Origin: an uncultured candidate division Zixibacteria bacterium
Lineage (GTDB): Bacteria; Zixibacteria; MSB-5A5; UBA10806
Assembly (NCBI GenBank): GCA_963817915.1
Contig: CAWFQL010000018.1
Coordinates: 32,001 to 96,000, forward strand
Reading direction: 5' to 3'
DNA length: 64,000 nt
The notes under the pieces are model-generated. The model searched no databases. It was not told where the DNA came from and worked only from the letters and a program-made list of their open reading frames with translations. Position 1 is the stretch's first letter, and each line of letters begins with the position of its first letter. A program made the position numbers and the translations under genes. Below are positions 34,681 through 47,007 of the stretch, in pieces.

Positions 34681-37600
34681 ATGGATAATCAAAGCAATTA
34701 CACTGGGATAGTAGCCAGACTAAAGAACCTTCAGGCGAAATTAGCTTACCTCAGGGCATTTCAAGGCCTGCTAACCAGTATTGGTATCGCTGTTCTGCTT
34801 TTTGGGATATTAATCGGAATTACATCTATAACCTGGCTTGATATTCCAATTAGGATCATTGTCGATATCGTGCTGGCTATCGGCTTGGTAGCCATAATCT
34901 ATTTTCTTTGCATCCGGCCGCTGATCAATCGAATTGGACTCCTGCCGATCGCCCGAACATTAGAAAAAAAATATGGGCAATTTCAATCACGCCTTATCGC
35001 CGCCTTGGAGCTGTACGACAAGGCGAAGGAAAATCGCGAAAATTATTCAATCGAACTAATCGAAAAAACTATCGAGGAAGCCGGCGGTGTAGTAGGTGAA
35101 ATCGATACCGATGCGGCGATCAATTATAAGCCGTTAAAAGGGACATCGATCAAAATCGGAATTCTTGTCATGGCCGCGGTTGCGGGAATAATAATTAACC
35201 CGCCTCTGGTCGGAAGGACATGGCAATTATATTCAAATCCGGCATCTGATTTCTCCAAGCCTCCAGCCTTTTCATTAAAAATTACTCCTTCAGGCGGCGA
35301 ATATTATCGAAACAAAGATTTGGCGGTTTTGGCTATTCCCGAGGGAATCCCGCCGCGAAATATCGATATCAATTTCAAATTCGAAGATGGCGAATGGGCC
35401 AGCGAGCCAATGAATAAACCTCAAAATGACACCGCCCAATCATTCGCATATACATTCAAGAACATTAAGCGCTCAGTCGACGTCTATGCCCGTTCGGGAA
35501 ATATCGAATCGCAGAAAATGCATTATGAAATAGTTGATCCGCCACGTTTAATCGACCTCAAGCTCTTGATGGATTATCCATCTTATTCGCGGCTGCCATC
35601 GTCCAATGGCGCTCCCAATGACGGCAACGTAGCGGCCCTGAAGGGAACGGCTGTATCAATAGCGGCTAAAGCAAATAAACCGTTGTCTGGTAGCTATCTT
35701 TTGTTCAGCGATTCAACAAAAATTAATCTCAAGACCGACGGTGACCTGATAAGTGGAAAATTCTCCGTGAAAAATTCCATGCGATATACAATCGCAATGC
35801 GCGACCAGGCTAACCGCGAAAATCCCGAGCCGATCTGGTATGATATTCAGCCGCTCGATGATTATCCGCCTTCTATTGAAGTAGTCTTTCCAGGTGTCGA
35901 TGTCGATCTCAATGATCAAATGGCAGTGCCGCTCAATATCGCGATCAGCGACGATTATGGTTTTGATAAACTTAATCTCGTATGGTGGCTGATGTCGCAA
36001 GGCCAACAAGGCCAACCGTCGAAAATCAACATTAGATTAGATGATCTAAAGACACTCCAGCAGCTTATCAGTCATAAATGGGATGTCAGTAATCTCGGTA
36101 TGGAGCCGGGCGATCTGCTCTATTACTATTGCGAGGTCAGCGACAACGATGCGATTTCCGGCCCCAAATGGTCCAAAAGCAAAACCTATGCCGCCAGGCT
36201 CCCAAGCCTTGACGAGATTTTGGCCGATGTTGGAGATGCCGGCGAACATCAAGTGGAAAAACTTGAAGAAGTATTGAAGAACCAAAAGGAATTGCAGGAG
36301 CAGATTAACGATATCGCCCGCGAGATGATGAAAGCCAATGATGTTTCCTGGGAACAACAGCAAAAGGCCTCGAAAGCTCTCGAAAAACAGAAAGAGCTTG
36401 CCAAAGAATTAAGCAATCTTGCGGACCAGATGCAGGATAATCTGAATAAGCTCGAAGAGAATAATCTTGTGGGTGAGCAGATCGCCGAAAAGATGCAGGA
36501 AATTCAGAAGCTCATGGACGAAGTCGCGCCGCCGGAACTCAAAGACGCCATGAAAAAACTCGAGGAAGCGTTGAAAAATATGAATCCCGAGGATATGAAA
36601 AAAGCCCTTGATCAAATGAATATGAGCACCGAGCAGCTTCTGGAAAATCTCGATCGCACTCTTGCACTTCTCCAAAAACTCGCGGTCGAACAAAAATTGG
36701 ATATGCTCGCGCAGATGGCCGATCAGTTAGTTCAAGATCAAAATAAAATAAATGAAAATGTCGATAAGGCGTCGGATTCATTATCGCTCTGCAAACAAAG
36801 CGGGCCGCAAAAAAATAATTCCGACAATTTCGATCTTTTGAAAAAGCAATTCAATGACCTAAAACAGATGGACGATACCACCAGAATGATTCCGCCGCAG
36901 GAAAAGGAAGAAGCCAACCAGCAGGTAAATAATCCCGAAATTCCCCAGGATTTTAAGCAGAATCAGGAATCGATGTGCAAGAATAGCCAGGGAGCATGCC
37001 AGAATAAGGGAAAGAAACTCGCGGGCAATCTCTCCAAAATGGCGGAATCATTGAAAAAAGCCCAGAAGGCGATGCAGGAACAGCAAAAAGCCGATATCAC
37101 CAAAAAATTGGATAGAGCCGCCGAAGATTTGCTTTACGTTTCCGGCCGTCAGGAGATTCTCCTCGATACGACAAGAGCCTATGCTCAAACCGGCGATCAG
37201 CTTCGTAAAATAGCTGGCGATCAAATCCAACTCACCGCGGCTTCATCGCGGGTCGCCGATGCCATCTCCGAAATATCCAAAGAAACCATATTCATTAATA
37301 TTTCCCTTATGAAAATGCTCGGTCAGGTATTGGCGGGAATGAATGACGCGTCAAATAAGCTCGATGGCCGTATGTCACAGGCCGCGATTCAAAGCGAACA
37401 GGGTGCCATGGCCAGCCTGAATCTTGCCGTGATGATGATACTGCAGGCCCGTAATAATGCCTCAAATTCCAGCTCAGGCTCCGGAATGCAGGAGATGATG
37501 AAACAGTTGCAGCAGATGTCGCAATCGCAATCGAGCCTGAATCAGGAGACCATGAATATAATGCCTAAACCCGGCATGAGGCTATCCTATAGCCAGCAGC

Positions 37601-38040
37601 AATCCATGCAACGATTAGCGGGCCAGCAGGAGATGCTCAGAAGGCAATTGGAGCAGATGAACGATCAGTTTGGTAAACGAGGCGAGATGCTCGGCAGGCT
37701 CGATCAGCTCGGCGAAGAAATGAAAAAAGTAGCTGAAGACCTCGCTAAATCAAATGTTGATCAAAAGACTATCGAACGGCAACAACAGATTCTCAATAAA
37801 CTGCTCGATACCCAGAAATCGGTGAATCAGAGGGACTATTCGCAAAAACGAAAAGCCGAGGAAGGTTTTGATGTCGCCAGAAAATCGCCGAATTTGCCCG
37901 ATGAAAATACTATCGGAAAAAGCTGGCTTTCCAACGCCGCCAAGAAGGCCCTTGAGGAACGATATCCCCGGCAATATGAGAAACTGATTAAGGCATATTT
38001 CAAATCCTTCCAGGGACAGGAAAATACCAGTGAAAAATAG
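34681..38040 (+). CDS. Large membrane-anchored coiled-coil protein (DUF4175-like)
   Basis: Three N-terminal hydrophobic segments, Ig-like middle (DDYG, YYCEVSDND), long Q/E/M-rich coiled coil and a YP..Y..LI..YF end. Follows DUF4159. Confidence 0.75.
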   Translation: MDNQSNYTGIVARLKNLQAKLAYLRAFQGLLTSIGIAVLLFGILIGITSITWLDIPIRIIVDIVLAIGLVAIIYFLCIRPLINRIGLLPIARTLEKKYGQFQSRLIAALELYDKAKENRENYSIELIEKTIEEAGGVVGEIDTDAAINYKPLKGTSIKIGILVMAAVAGIIINPPLVGRTWQLYSNPASDFSKPPAFSLKITPSGGEYYRNKDLAVLAIPEGIPPRNIDINFKFEDGEWASEPMNKPQNDTAQSFAYTFKNIKRSVDVYARSGNIESQKMHYEIVDPPRLIDLKLLMDYPSYSRLPSSNGAPNDGNVAALKGTAVSIAAKANKPLSGSYLLFSDSTKINLKTDGDLISGKFSVKNSMRYTIAMRDQANRENPEPIWYDIQPLDDYPPSIEVVFPGVDVDLNDQMAVPLNIAISDDYGFDKLNLVWWLMSQGQQGQPSKINIRLDDLKTLQQLISHKWDVSNLGMEPGDLLYYYCEVSDNDAISGPKWSKSKTYAARLPSLDEILADVGDAGEHQVEKLEEVLKNQKELQEQINDIAREMMKANDVSWEQQQKASKALEKQKELAKELSNLADQMQDNLNKLEENNLVGEQIAEKMQEIQKLMDEVAPPELKDAMKKLEEALKNMNPEDMKKALDQMNMSTEQLLENLDRTLALLQKLAVEQKLDMLAQMADQLVQDQNKINENVDKASDSLSLCKQSGPQKNNSDNFDLLKKQFNDLKQMDDTTRMIPPQEKEEANQQVNNPEIPQDFKQNQESMCKNSQGACQNKGKKLAGNLSKMAESLKKAQKAMQEQQKADITKKLDRAAEDLLYVSGRQEILLDTTRAYAQTGDQLRKIAGDQIQLTAASSRVADAISEISKETIFINISLMKMLGQVLAGMNDASNKLDGRMSQAAIQSEQGAMASLNLAVMMILQARNNASNSSSGSGMQEMMKQLQQMSQSQSSLNQETMNIMPKPGMRLSYSQQQSMQRLAGQQEMLRRQLEQMNDQFGKRGEMLGRLDQLGEEMKKVAEDLAKSNVDQKTIERQQQILNKLLDTQKSVNQRDYSQKRKAEEGFDVARKSPNLPDENTIGKSWLSNAAKKALEERYPRQYEKLIKAYFKSFQGQENTSEK

Positions 38041-39857
38041 TATCCGGAAATTTACATTTTCTACTCTATCGCTGCTACTGATCTTGACCGCCTTAGCATA
38101 TAGCCAGTCGGCCGATCAAAATTCCAAAGACTAATGATAAATTATCATCAGATTTGAGGACTGTCGGAAATCTTATCCAGCTTGGTGATATTGAAAAAGC
38201 CTCTGGTTATCTCGACTTTATGAAGAAAATGTATGGCGATAACCCGGCTATCAATTCGATGTATAAGCAAATTTACCGCGCAGGAAAGCAATATGATTTA
38301 CTGGAAAATGCCATAAAAAATCAACTCGCGGCCGACCCCAACAACCCATCGCTAATGATTGAGCTTGGCGAAGCACGATACCTTCAAAATGATACGACGA
38401 GCGCCGATTCGCTTTGGAATCATGTACTCGCAAATTACAGTCAGGATGAATTTATATATCGCTTATTGGCTACTTGCAAGCTTCGCTATGGGCTATATGA
38501 TGATGCCATCGATTTATTTGCAAAAGGACGAAAGACATTGGCCAAACCGGATCTGTTTTCCGAAGATCTATCTGCCATTTACGAAGCCCAGCGAAATTAT
38601 CCCGCCGCGGTCGGCGAATATCTTTCCCAGCTAAAAGCAAATCCGGGATTATTCGGCATTATAACGATAAAGATTCGCGGCCTGGCCGCCGATTCCGATC
38701 AGCCGGATGCCATAGTGGATGTTTTGAAAAGACAAATTAAGGAAAATCCCAAACAGCAATTTCTCCGTGAAATCCTCGGTGATATTTATATCAAGCTTGG
38801 AAAGATGCCCGATGCGCTGGAATGCTATCGTGCGATGGGAGCCGACAATGACGATGACGGGCAGTCTCTGGTAAGTTTCGCCAGCAGATGCTACGATTCA
38901 AAGGCATTTGGCACCGCTATAAGCGCGATCGATGAGTATTTTAAGATATCGAAAAAAGTTAATTTCAGGGAAAGGGCGATATTCGTCAAGGCAATGGCCC
39001 AACAGAACCTTGGGCAGGCCGATTCAGCGTTACAGAATTTTCTGGTTTTATCCCGAGACGCCTTAGATTATAGAATTAAGGATCAATCGGGATTTCTTGC
39101 GGGCGAGATTTACTTCCAATCGATGAAAAATTGCGACTCGGCGCTTTTCGTATGGAATAGCACGTTAAAATCCGCCAGAGATCAGGAATCATCCAATAAA
39201 ATTAAAACCGAAATAGCTCTATGCTACCTCTCTCAGAATAATATCAAATCCGCTAAAGGCGCCCTTGATCCATTCAATGACGGCAGCGCCGTAAATTCCA
39301 TCAATGAAAAGGCAAGATTTTTGATCGGGGAGATCGCGCTGATCACCGGCGATTATGGTCTTGCCGTAAATACATTCAAGAGTATGGCATTTCAAAATCC
39401 TGGCGGCGATTATTGCAATGAAGCGGTTCAGCAATTCAATTTCCTGAGCTTGCTTATGGATGATTCCAGCAATTTCGGCTATATCAAAATCTACGCGGAG
39501 GCCATGAAAGCCCAGCTTTTAAATAATTATCAAAGTGCCGGCGATCTGCTTTCAGATGAATCACTGCAAAAATCACCGGTCGCCGAGCAGGCGCTATTTT
39601 ACTCGGCTTATTATTATTTCCTGGGGGGCGAAAGCCAGAAGGCATTGGATGGATTTAATAAATATATAGTCAAATATGCTGATGGACTATTCGCGGATAG
39701 AGCTTATCTCGGGTTGGGTGATATTTATTCTGCAAGCAAGGAAAATATTCCTCAGGCCAAAGACTCGTATAATAAAATCCTGGAGTCTTTTCCAAGCGGA
39801 CCAGTAACGGAGCAGGCCAGAGAACGGCTATTGAGGCTCGAACCGCCGGAAAGATAG
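38030..39857 (+). CDS. Secreted tetratricopeptide repeat protein; +1 frameshift near 38131
   Basis: GTG at 38030 reads MKNSIRKFTFSTLSLLLILTALAYSQ (signal peptide) and joins ORF 38154-39857 if one base is removed. TPR-like helical repeats, with a CpoB/BamD-like end. Confidence 0.8.
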
Positions 39858-39881
39858 GCTGATTTCTACCTTCTATTTCGC

Positions 39882-40127
39882 TCATATTCCCTTTGCGACT
39901 GGGATTTTGTCATCATCGTTATCTTGTTTTCCAAGTCTTCGACCCGGCTCAAAAGATTCTCGATCCTTTTCAATTCTCATCTTCATGCTGGTTCTTATTA
40001 AAAGCCCAAGCGAAATGAGCATAAATATAACCGAATTTACTTTGCGAAAAATATCACCGTAATTGAATATCGTGTCCGAAAATGCCAATAAGCCGAGCAT
40101 AAATAAGATTGTACACCATGCCAACAT
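39882..40127 (-). CDS. Small two-TM membrane protein of unknown function
   Basis: AGGAGG RBS, two hydrophobic segments and a charged tail. Confidence 0.7.
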   Translation of the reverse strand: MLAWCTILFMLGLLAFSDTIFNYGDIFRKVNSVIFMLISLGLLIRTSMKMRIEKDRESFEPGRRLGKQDNDDDKIPVAKGI

Positions 40128-40200
40128 TTTGCCTCCTTTTCAAAATGCTTTATATGTCAAATATCGACATCTCGTTGAGAAGCTTTATCTTAATATGAAA

Positions 40201-40229
40201 TTGACAAACGTGGCCGATATTACTATTTT
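40201..40229 (+). promoter_or_regulatory. Putative sigma70 promoter TTGACA-17-TATTTT
   Basis: Located directly upstream of AAGGAGG and the ATG at 40254. Confidence 0.55.
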
Positions 40230-40253
40230 GCCGGTCTGTAATAAAGGAGGCAA

Positions 40254-42984
40254 ATGATTACGGAAATGGAAAATAACCAAAAAAGACTAAAGACTGATAA
40301 GCATCCTTCTCGGAATTCTTAGCGGCATAATACCTTTCATAGTGTATTTCAAGACGATGGCTCCTACATTGTCCTTCTGGGACTGCGGAGAGTTCATCGC
40401 CTGTGCCTATACATTGGGTATTCCCCATCCTCCGGGCACTCCCTTCTTTGTAGTCATTGCCAGGTTTTTTACTATCTTTGCCCCCTTTGGCAATATAGCC
40501 GCCCGCACCAATATAATCTCCGTTATCTCCTCAGCCATAACCTGCTGGTTGGTATATATCGTTATCATCCGTGTAGCGCGCCGATTGCCATTTAGTAGCG
40601 AAAAATCACCATCGTTTCTAACTCAAATCGGAATTCGAATTGCCGGGCTGGCTGGCGCGTTGATTCTGGCCTTCTCCGATACTTTCTGGTTCAACGGTGT
40701 CGAAACCGAGGTCTTTGCGATTGCCATGCTTTTGATGATGCTGATCATATACCTGGCAATCCGTTGGGCCGACGAAAAGGAAAATGGTGGTTCAGACAGA
40801 TTGATTATTTTAATCGGTTATCTTCTACTGCTTTCAGTTGGCGTTCACTTGACAGTATTGCTTTTAATTCCGGCCTTATTTATTTTCTTTGTCTTAGTCG
40901 ATAATACAAAATTAAAAGATATTCTTTTCTGGTTCACGTGGGGTGTGTTGTTCGCGGTTGTGGTGCCTTTCTACTTCTTCTTGGGAATGATTATTCCTTG
41001 GTTCGACAGTAACGGCTATCTCGTCTGGATGACATTAATGGTTTTAGGGTTAATATTTACCGGAGTTATGGCCTTCCAGAAGAAAATTGGGAACGCCGTA
41101 AAATCGCATCTAAACTATGAACTGGCCTTTGCCCTCTTTGCGGTAGGAATATTGGGATATTCAACACATGTTTATATCCCTATCAGAGCCAGCCAGAACC
41201 CCGATATCAACGAAAACGATCCCTCCAATTATGAACGATTCGTATCGTATCTCGAACGAAAGCAATACGGCCAGGAATCGATGATTACCAGAATGTTCTA
41301 TCGCCGCGGCGCGCTGTCGCATCAATTCGGGCGATATGAAAATATGGGATTCGGCGGCTATTTTGTCGATCAATATACTCCCGATTCATGGGGCGATGGC
41401 GCCGGAATAGTCGTTATTTTTATCGGCGTCTTCGGGTTGATTATCGGCTGTTATTACGCCTATCGCAAATTCAAACCGCATCCTATGCTATTGATTGCCA
41501 TAGTATTCTTATTAAGTTCACTCGGACTTTTGTTGTATCTGAATTTTTCAGACGGCACTCGTCCTGATCCGGACAATCCGGGCAGCCTGATTCAGCTTGA
41601 GGTCAGGGATAGAGATTATTTCTATACGCCCGCGTTTACGATTTACGCGGTGATTATCGGACTTGGAATGGCCTGGTTATTGGCATTATTCGGTGAAGGA
41701 AAGAAATTTACCGGTACCGAAAAAGATAAATCGATTAATCTCGGCGCATTTTCGGTGCTGGGGCTCGCTTTCCTTGTCTTGCCGATTTACACTGTATCGG
41801 CCCACTACGGATGGCATGATCGATCCCGGGATTACGTGCCCGAGGATTACGCGCATAATATATTGCAATCTTGCAGGCCCAATTCAATCCTGTTCACCAA
41901 CGGCGACAATGATACTTTCCCGCTCTGGTATCTTCAGGAAGTCGACAAGGTTCGAAAAGATATCCGCATAGTTAATCTCAGTCTATTAAACACTGATTGG
42001 TATATCCTGCAGCTCAAACATCAGATGAATATCAATATGTACCTGGAGGATGACCAGATTCAATGGATTCCGGCGGATCATCGCGGTTCGATCATCTATT
42101 ATCGCCCGGCCAAAAAGTTTTATGATCGTGTCAGAAGTGTTCAGCGGTTCCTGACTCCTGAACAGGATCCCCGCAGTGGCCAGGTCATGCGTGTGCAAGA
42201 CCAGATGATTGAGCAAATCGTTATTGCCAATATGGAAACCCCTATTTATTTCGCCGGATCGGTACCAAATTCCAATCGATGGACACTGCAAAACTACTTG
42301 ATTCGCGAAGGTATTGTCATGAGGGTCGATCCCGATTCCACCAAACCCCGATATGACCTTCCGCTTTCAGATTCTCTAATTACCAAGGTCTATCGCTACA
42401 GAGGTCTTGACGATATCAAGGCCTACAAAGACAAAAATAATGTAGGTCTCACCAGCACATATCCCGAACGATTCTCTGAACTGGCTGATACTTACATGTC
42501 TCAAAAAGATACTACCAGAGCAATCTCAATCCTACGAGACGGTATCAAAATATTCCCTTATTATCATCAAATTTACGCTGATCTTCAGCAAGTCTACAAA
42601 ATGAGAGGCGATTCAGCCGCTGTCGATTCCATGAAAATACTGGGATTGAAAAATCTAACGGAGGTTGCCGAAAGATGGCGCCAAATTGTTCTTTATAAGC
42701 AATTCCTGGGAGTATTCCTTTATCAGAATTCAATGTTTGATTCGGCGCTCGTCTGGTATCAAAAAGCGTTTGATCAGGCGCCGGATGATAATATTGCTTT
42801 CAGGCTTCTCAGAGATCTCTATCTCCAGCAGGCTCAGGTCAAACAATCTCAGTCATTAGCCGAGGAATCCAAAAAATACATCAGGGCGGCTCGCCAGGTG
42901 ATGGAAGATTGGAATAACCGTCATCCAGAAGATAAAGAATCAAGAGATTACTATAATCGCATAAGATCACTCTTGCAGGGTTGA
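40254..42984 (+). CDS. DUF2723 (TMEM260-like) GT-C membrane glycosyltransferase with C-terminal TPR; +1 frameshift near 40291
   Basis: WDCGEFI...LGIPHPPG.P, FW...ETEV, R.QY, EVRDRDYFY and FTNGDNDTFPLWY are family motifs. The AAGGAGG-ATG at 40254 joins ORF 40342 after removing one A and restores TM1. Confidence 0.88.
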
Positions 42985-43008
42985 TTTTTAAGCTAGAAAT
43001 CTAAATTT

Positions 43009-43046
43009 GACGGCCGTGGAGAATTTTCCTCGGCCGTTTTTATTTT
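43009..43046 (+). terminator. Rho-independent terminator
   Basis: ACGGCCG...CGGCCGT followed by TTTTATTTT. Confidence 0.75.
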
Positions 43047-43124
43047 AGTCGCGAATCCTACTAGAATGATTTCTGACTTTAGAAAGCGTTTGACAACAAT
43101 CCTGATGCAGTATATGAATCCAAT

Positions 43125-43553
43125 ATGCAGGAAATCGATGTAAATCAAACGGTGCTGATAATTGTCGGGCTTGATATAAAGCCGGAAGAAGTTGACCGCC
43201 CAATTGCCTACAGGCTCAAATCAGCCATTGAAGCATCCCCGCGATTCGGCAATCATCCTTTCAGAAAATGCCTCGTATTGTCTGATGCTCTTTACAAACA
43301 CGACAAAATAATTCAAATCTGTCCCACAATCGCGATTGGCGGGCCAGCAGTTAATTCCGTAGTGGCCGATTTTGTCGAAAGGCTTCCTGTCTATTTATCA
43401 AAGGATAATACTTACTTCATTCAGCTCGAAAAGAATTTTGCCGGCTCAAAAATTGCGATATGGGGCATGGATCGGAATTCCACCAATGAGGCCGTGGATA
43501 TGTTTATTGCCAATGGCATCATGGATGATTTTTTGGGTACAATCTGGAAATAG
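43125..43553 (+). CDS. Hypothetical protein with an IAIGGPxxN motif
   Basis: A 142-aa ORF with globular composition that fills the gap between a terminator and a convergent gene. Confidence 0.7.
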   Translation: MQEIDVNQTVLIIVGLDIKPEEVDRPIAYRLKSAIEASPRFGNHPFRKCLVLSDALYKHDKIIQICPTIAIGGPAVNSVVADFVERLPVYLSKDNTYFIQLEKNFAGSKIAIWGMDRNSTNEAVDMFIANGIMDDFLGTIWK

Positions 43554-43583
43554 CAGTTCTCTCGATATATAAAAAAATAACAA

Positions 43584-46218
43584 TCACCAATCATAACCTG
43601 CTTGCAGATAAAAAGCGTCGATTCCGTCACTTGATCTGCCATACATGGTCTCAATTGGGCCTAATGGTGTTCTTAGGCTGATTCCTACTCCAACGCCTTG
43701 CTTCAAATCCTTGAGACGAATACTTCCTAATTTATTCCAGACATTGCCGGATACGAGTCTTCCCTGTATATACAAGTCCTTGATAATTTCATATCGCAAA
43801 TTAATATCAGCCATAAATAATTTGTCCCCCAATAATTCGTCTTCATACCGGCCAGGGAAGCTATGAATCCCGCCAAATGAAAATTCGTCAAAATATGGCA
43901 TAAAATCGCTCGATACGCCAATCGCAAAACCGGGCCTGAAATTCAATCCCGGCAATAGATTGTAATATGATTCAATCGACGTATAAAATCTCGTATAACC
44001 GGATTTTTCATCCTTGACATTACCCGCGAATTCGAGATTTAGATAATGATATTTGCCGACTTCAGGGAAATCGCGTTGATTCCTCGTATCGACAATGGAC
44101 CGAAATCCGATACTAAGCTTTTCGAATTTTTGCCTCTCAAGTTTCATGGGCTCATTCCAGCTATAATGATATAAGCTTCCAAAGATTGATATTATTCCGA
44201 GCTTCGCGATCTGTCGGCCCAATGATAATTCTCCGCCATATGAAAATTGCCTGAAATATCCCTTGTATTCATGATCGACATAATAATTCCGCTTGAATTC
44301 ATTGTAGTTGGTGGTGAGAAGATAGCTGAAAAGAGTCTTGAAAATTCTGTCGGATTGAAAATTCAATGCCACCGCCCGTTTCTTTTCGCCCGCGGTTGTG
44401 GAAATATAAAACTGCTGACCGGCGCCGAAAATATTGTCCTCGACCAAATCTATAAACGCTTTAGATCCATACTCTAAATTAAAACTTCCGCCTGCTCGAA
44501 TAAATGTGTACGGCTTTTCGGTTACTTTGACCACCAATGATATTCCAGACGAATCCGGGACAGCCAGAAGTTTGGCCGATTCGAATAAATCGGTACTGAA
44601 TATATCCTCTATCGCTTTCTCTCCAAGTCTTTGTTTGAATACGTCGCCTTTTCTAAAGGGCAAATGTCGGGTAATAGCCCAGTTTTTTGTCCTCTTATTG
44701 CCTTCAACTATGACCTTGTTTAAATGTCCCTCATCGATACTGATATTAATATAACATTCTGTCGTATCGAATTGGCAGTTTACCCTGGCAAGACTATATC
44801 CTGAATCGATATAATGCTTTTCAATCCTCCGGCAATCACTGGCCGCGGTAACGCTATTATATACCATCCCGGGACGGCCGTTCAATATCTCTATCAAGCT
44901 GCTATCTGCAAATAATGTATTTCCCTTAAATGTAATTTCTCTTATTCTCGGATTATCGATGAGCTTATAATCAATAAAATATCCGTCGCCACCCCTTATC
45001 AATTCCGCCCAGGCGCTCGATAGATACCCTGAATTCATTGCCATATCCAAATTGGATTCATATCGTTGCCGCAGACATCTCCGAAGAGTCGGCGAAGGTT
45101 GATATAAAGAAAGTCCGCGGCATGTTCTTCAGTCCCTTAACATCCCGCCCTTTGATAATATATCCCGGAATTTCATTTGATGACTTGATATTTTCTTTTA
45201 GCAAATTCCTTATTTTCGGAATTGCCGCCTTGGCCGCTTCCTCGCCAGCCGCGATGACTGCCGCAATATTTGAAAAATCAGTGGAAATTCGTCCGTTAAG
45301 CTCCGGTTTTATTACCAAATCAGCATTTGCCAACGCCGCATGCTTCTTATCCATCGACATTATAGTCGTTGTCTGATCGGCGATATCTATAACATCTGTC
45401 ATTTTGGAGACTGGGAGGAGATTCGATGACACATCAACTACCACAACCGGATAACCTATTCTCTCTCTTACCAAGTCAACCGGTATCGGATCTACCAGGC
45501 CGCCATCAACCAGCAAACGACCGCCGATTTCTACAGGAGTCAATGCCACCGGCACCGAGACAGTAGCTCTCAACGCCTCGCTGAGATTGCCCGATGAAAG
45601 TACCACTTTCTCGCCGCTGGTCAGATCGGTACAAACCGTCCTGAATGGCGGATCGAGATAATCAAAGCTAAAGCTCGACCTAATTCCGCCTCGCGATGTT
45701 AGCCTCTCAAGAAAAATACTCAGGTTCTGAGCCGACGTGATCGCCATCGGAAGCACGGGCTTCCAGCCGTCGAAACGAACCTTGAGGAAGCTTTTCTCGG
45801 ATTGTCCTTTTTGCGTAATCAATAATGTACTTCTCTGAGGGCTCGGCGAAAAAAGCTCATGCCAATCTACGGTCAATGCGATTTGCTCGATCTCCTCTGG
45901 TGAATAGCCGCACGAGTACAAACCCCCGATTATTCCACCCATCGAGACACCGGCAATAAAATCAATATTGATATTTTCTCTTTCAAGTATCTTGAGTACT
46001 CCAATCAAGGCCAAACCCCTTGAGCCGCCTCCCGAGAATGCCAATCCAATACCGCGTCCGAAATTCGCCTCGTCCCTTATCATCAGATCAGATTCCATTG
46101 GACTCCGCTTCGATCTTATCGTAATTTTTGCGGGAGAAGCGTTTTGGGCAATAGATAAAGATTGCGCAAAAAACATGAAAACAAACCAAAACATTAGACA
46201 CAACCGATTTTTCAACAT
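43584..46218 (-). CDS. Patatin-like phospholipase fused to POTRA and Omp85/BamA barrel (PlpD-like, type Vd); +1 frameshift near 45058
   Basis: Signal peptide, GGGSRG, GVSMG and DGG patatin motifs. POTRA patterns (ITFKGNT, IVEGNKRTK). The barrel ends GVGISLRTPLGPI...YLQAGYDW. Removing one T at ATATGAATCC fuses the two ORFs. Confidence 0.88.
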
Positions 46219-46257
46219 GGCGTAATTTTACGATTCAATTCTCCCCAAAGCAAGAAT

Positions 46258-47007
46258 ATGAATGAAAATCTCCTAAAAAAACTGACTTCGCTCGCATTCC
46301 CGAAATATCGCCAAAAATATGGCTGCTTTATCGCCGAGGGCCCCCATGTGGTCCAGGAATTTCTGGCTTTCCAATGGCCAATTGAATTGCTCGCGGCAAC
46401 CAAAGACGCCATTGATGATCTCCAGATCAAAATCCCCGCTCAGATTCCTCTTGAAATAGTCACGAAAAAAATATTCACCAAAATTTCGGATACCCAATCG
46501 CCACAGGGTATTTTGGCAATGATAAAGATGCCGGAGAATAATATTGATAAGGTTTTGACATTTGATAGAATCATTATAGCCGACGGTGTCTCCGATCCCG
46601 GCAACATGGGTACGATTATCAGGACAGCGGCGGCCTTTGGTTTTAAAGGCTTAATCACCACTCCCGGCTCGGCTGATGTATATAATCCCAAAGTGGTGAG
46701 GGCTTCGCAGGGTCTGATGGCCCAGATATCCACAATCTCACACTTGGATCATGCAAGCATTATTGCTCGGCTGAAGTATTCTCATCAGATTTATGCCCTT
46801 TCCCTTAACTGCAAAAATGACCTTGATTCCGTTAAAATTACCGAAAAATTGGCGCTCACTATAGGTGCAGAAATTAAGGGAGTGAGCAAAGAATTTATTG
46901 ACGCCGCAAATTACCTGGTCAGAATCCCGATGACTAAAAGCACCGAATCCCTCAACGCCGCTATGGCAGCAGGAATCGCCATGTACAGATTTAGTCGAAT
47001 TAGATAG
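46258..47007 (+). CDS. TrmH/SpoU family RNA 2'-O-methyltransferase
   Basis: FIAEG, PQGI, DPGNMGTIIRTA, KVVRAS, GAE..GV, IPM...ESLN. Confidence 0.92.
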   Translation: MNENLLKKLTSLAFPKYRQKYGCFIAEGPHVVQEFLAFQWPIELLAATKDAIDDLQIKIPAQIPLEIVTKKIFTKISDTQSPQGILAMIKMPENNIDKVLTFDRIIIADGVSDPGNMGTIIRTAAAFGFKGLITTPGSADVYNPKVVRASQGLMAQISTISHLDHASIIARLKYSHQIYALSLNCKNDLDSVKITEKLALTIGAEIKGVSKEFIDAANYLVRIPMTKSTESLNAAMAAGIAMYRFSRIR

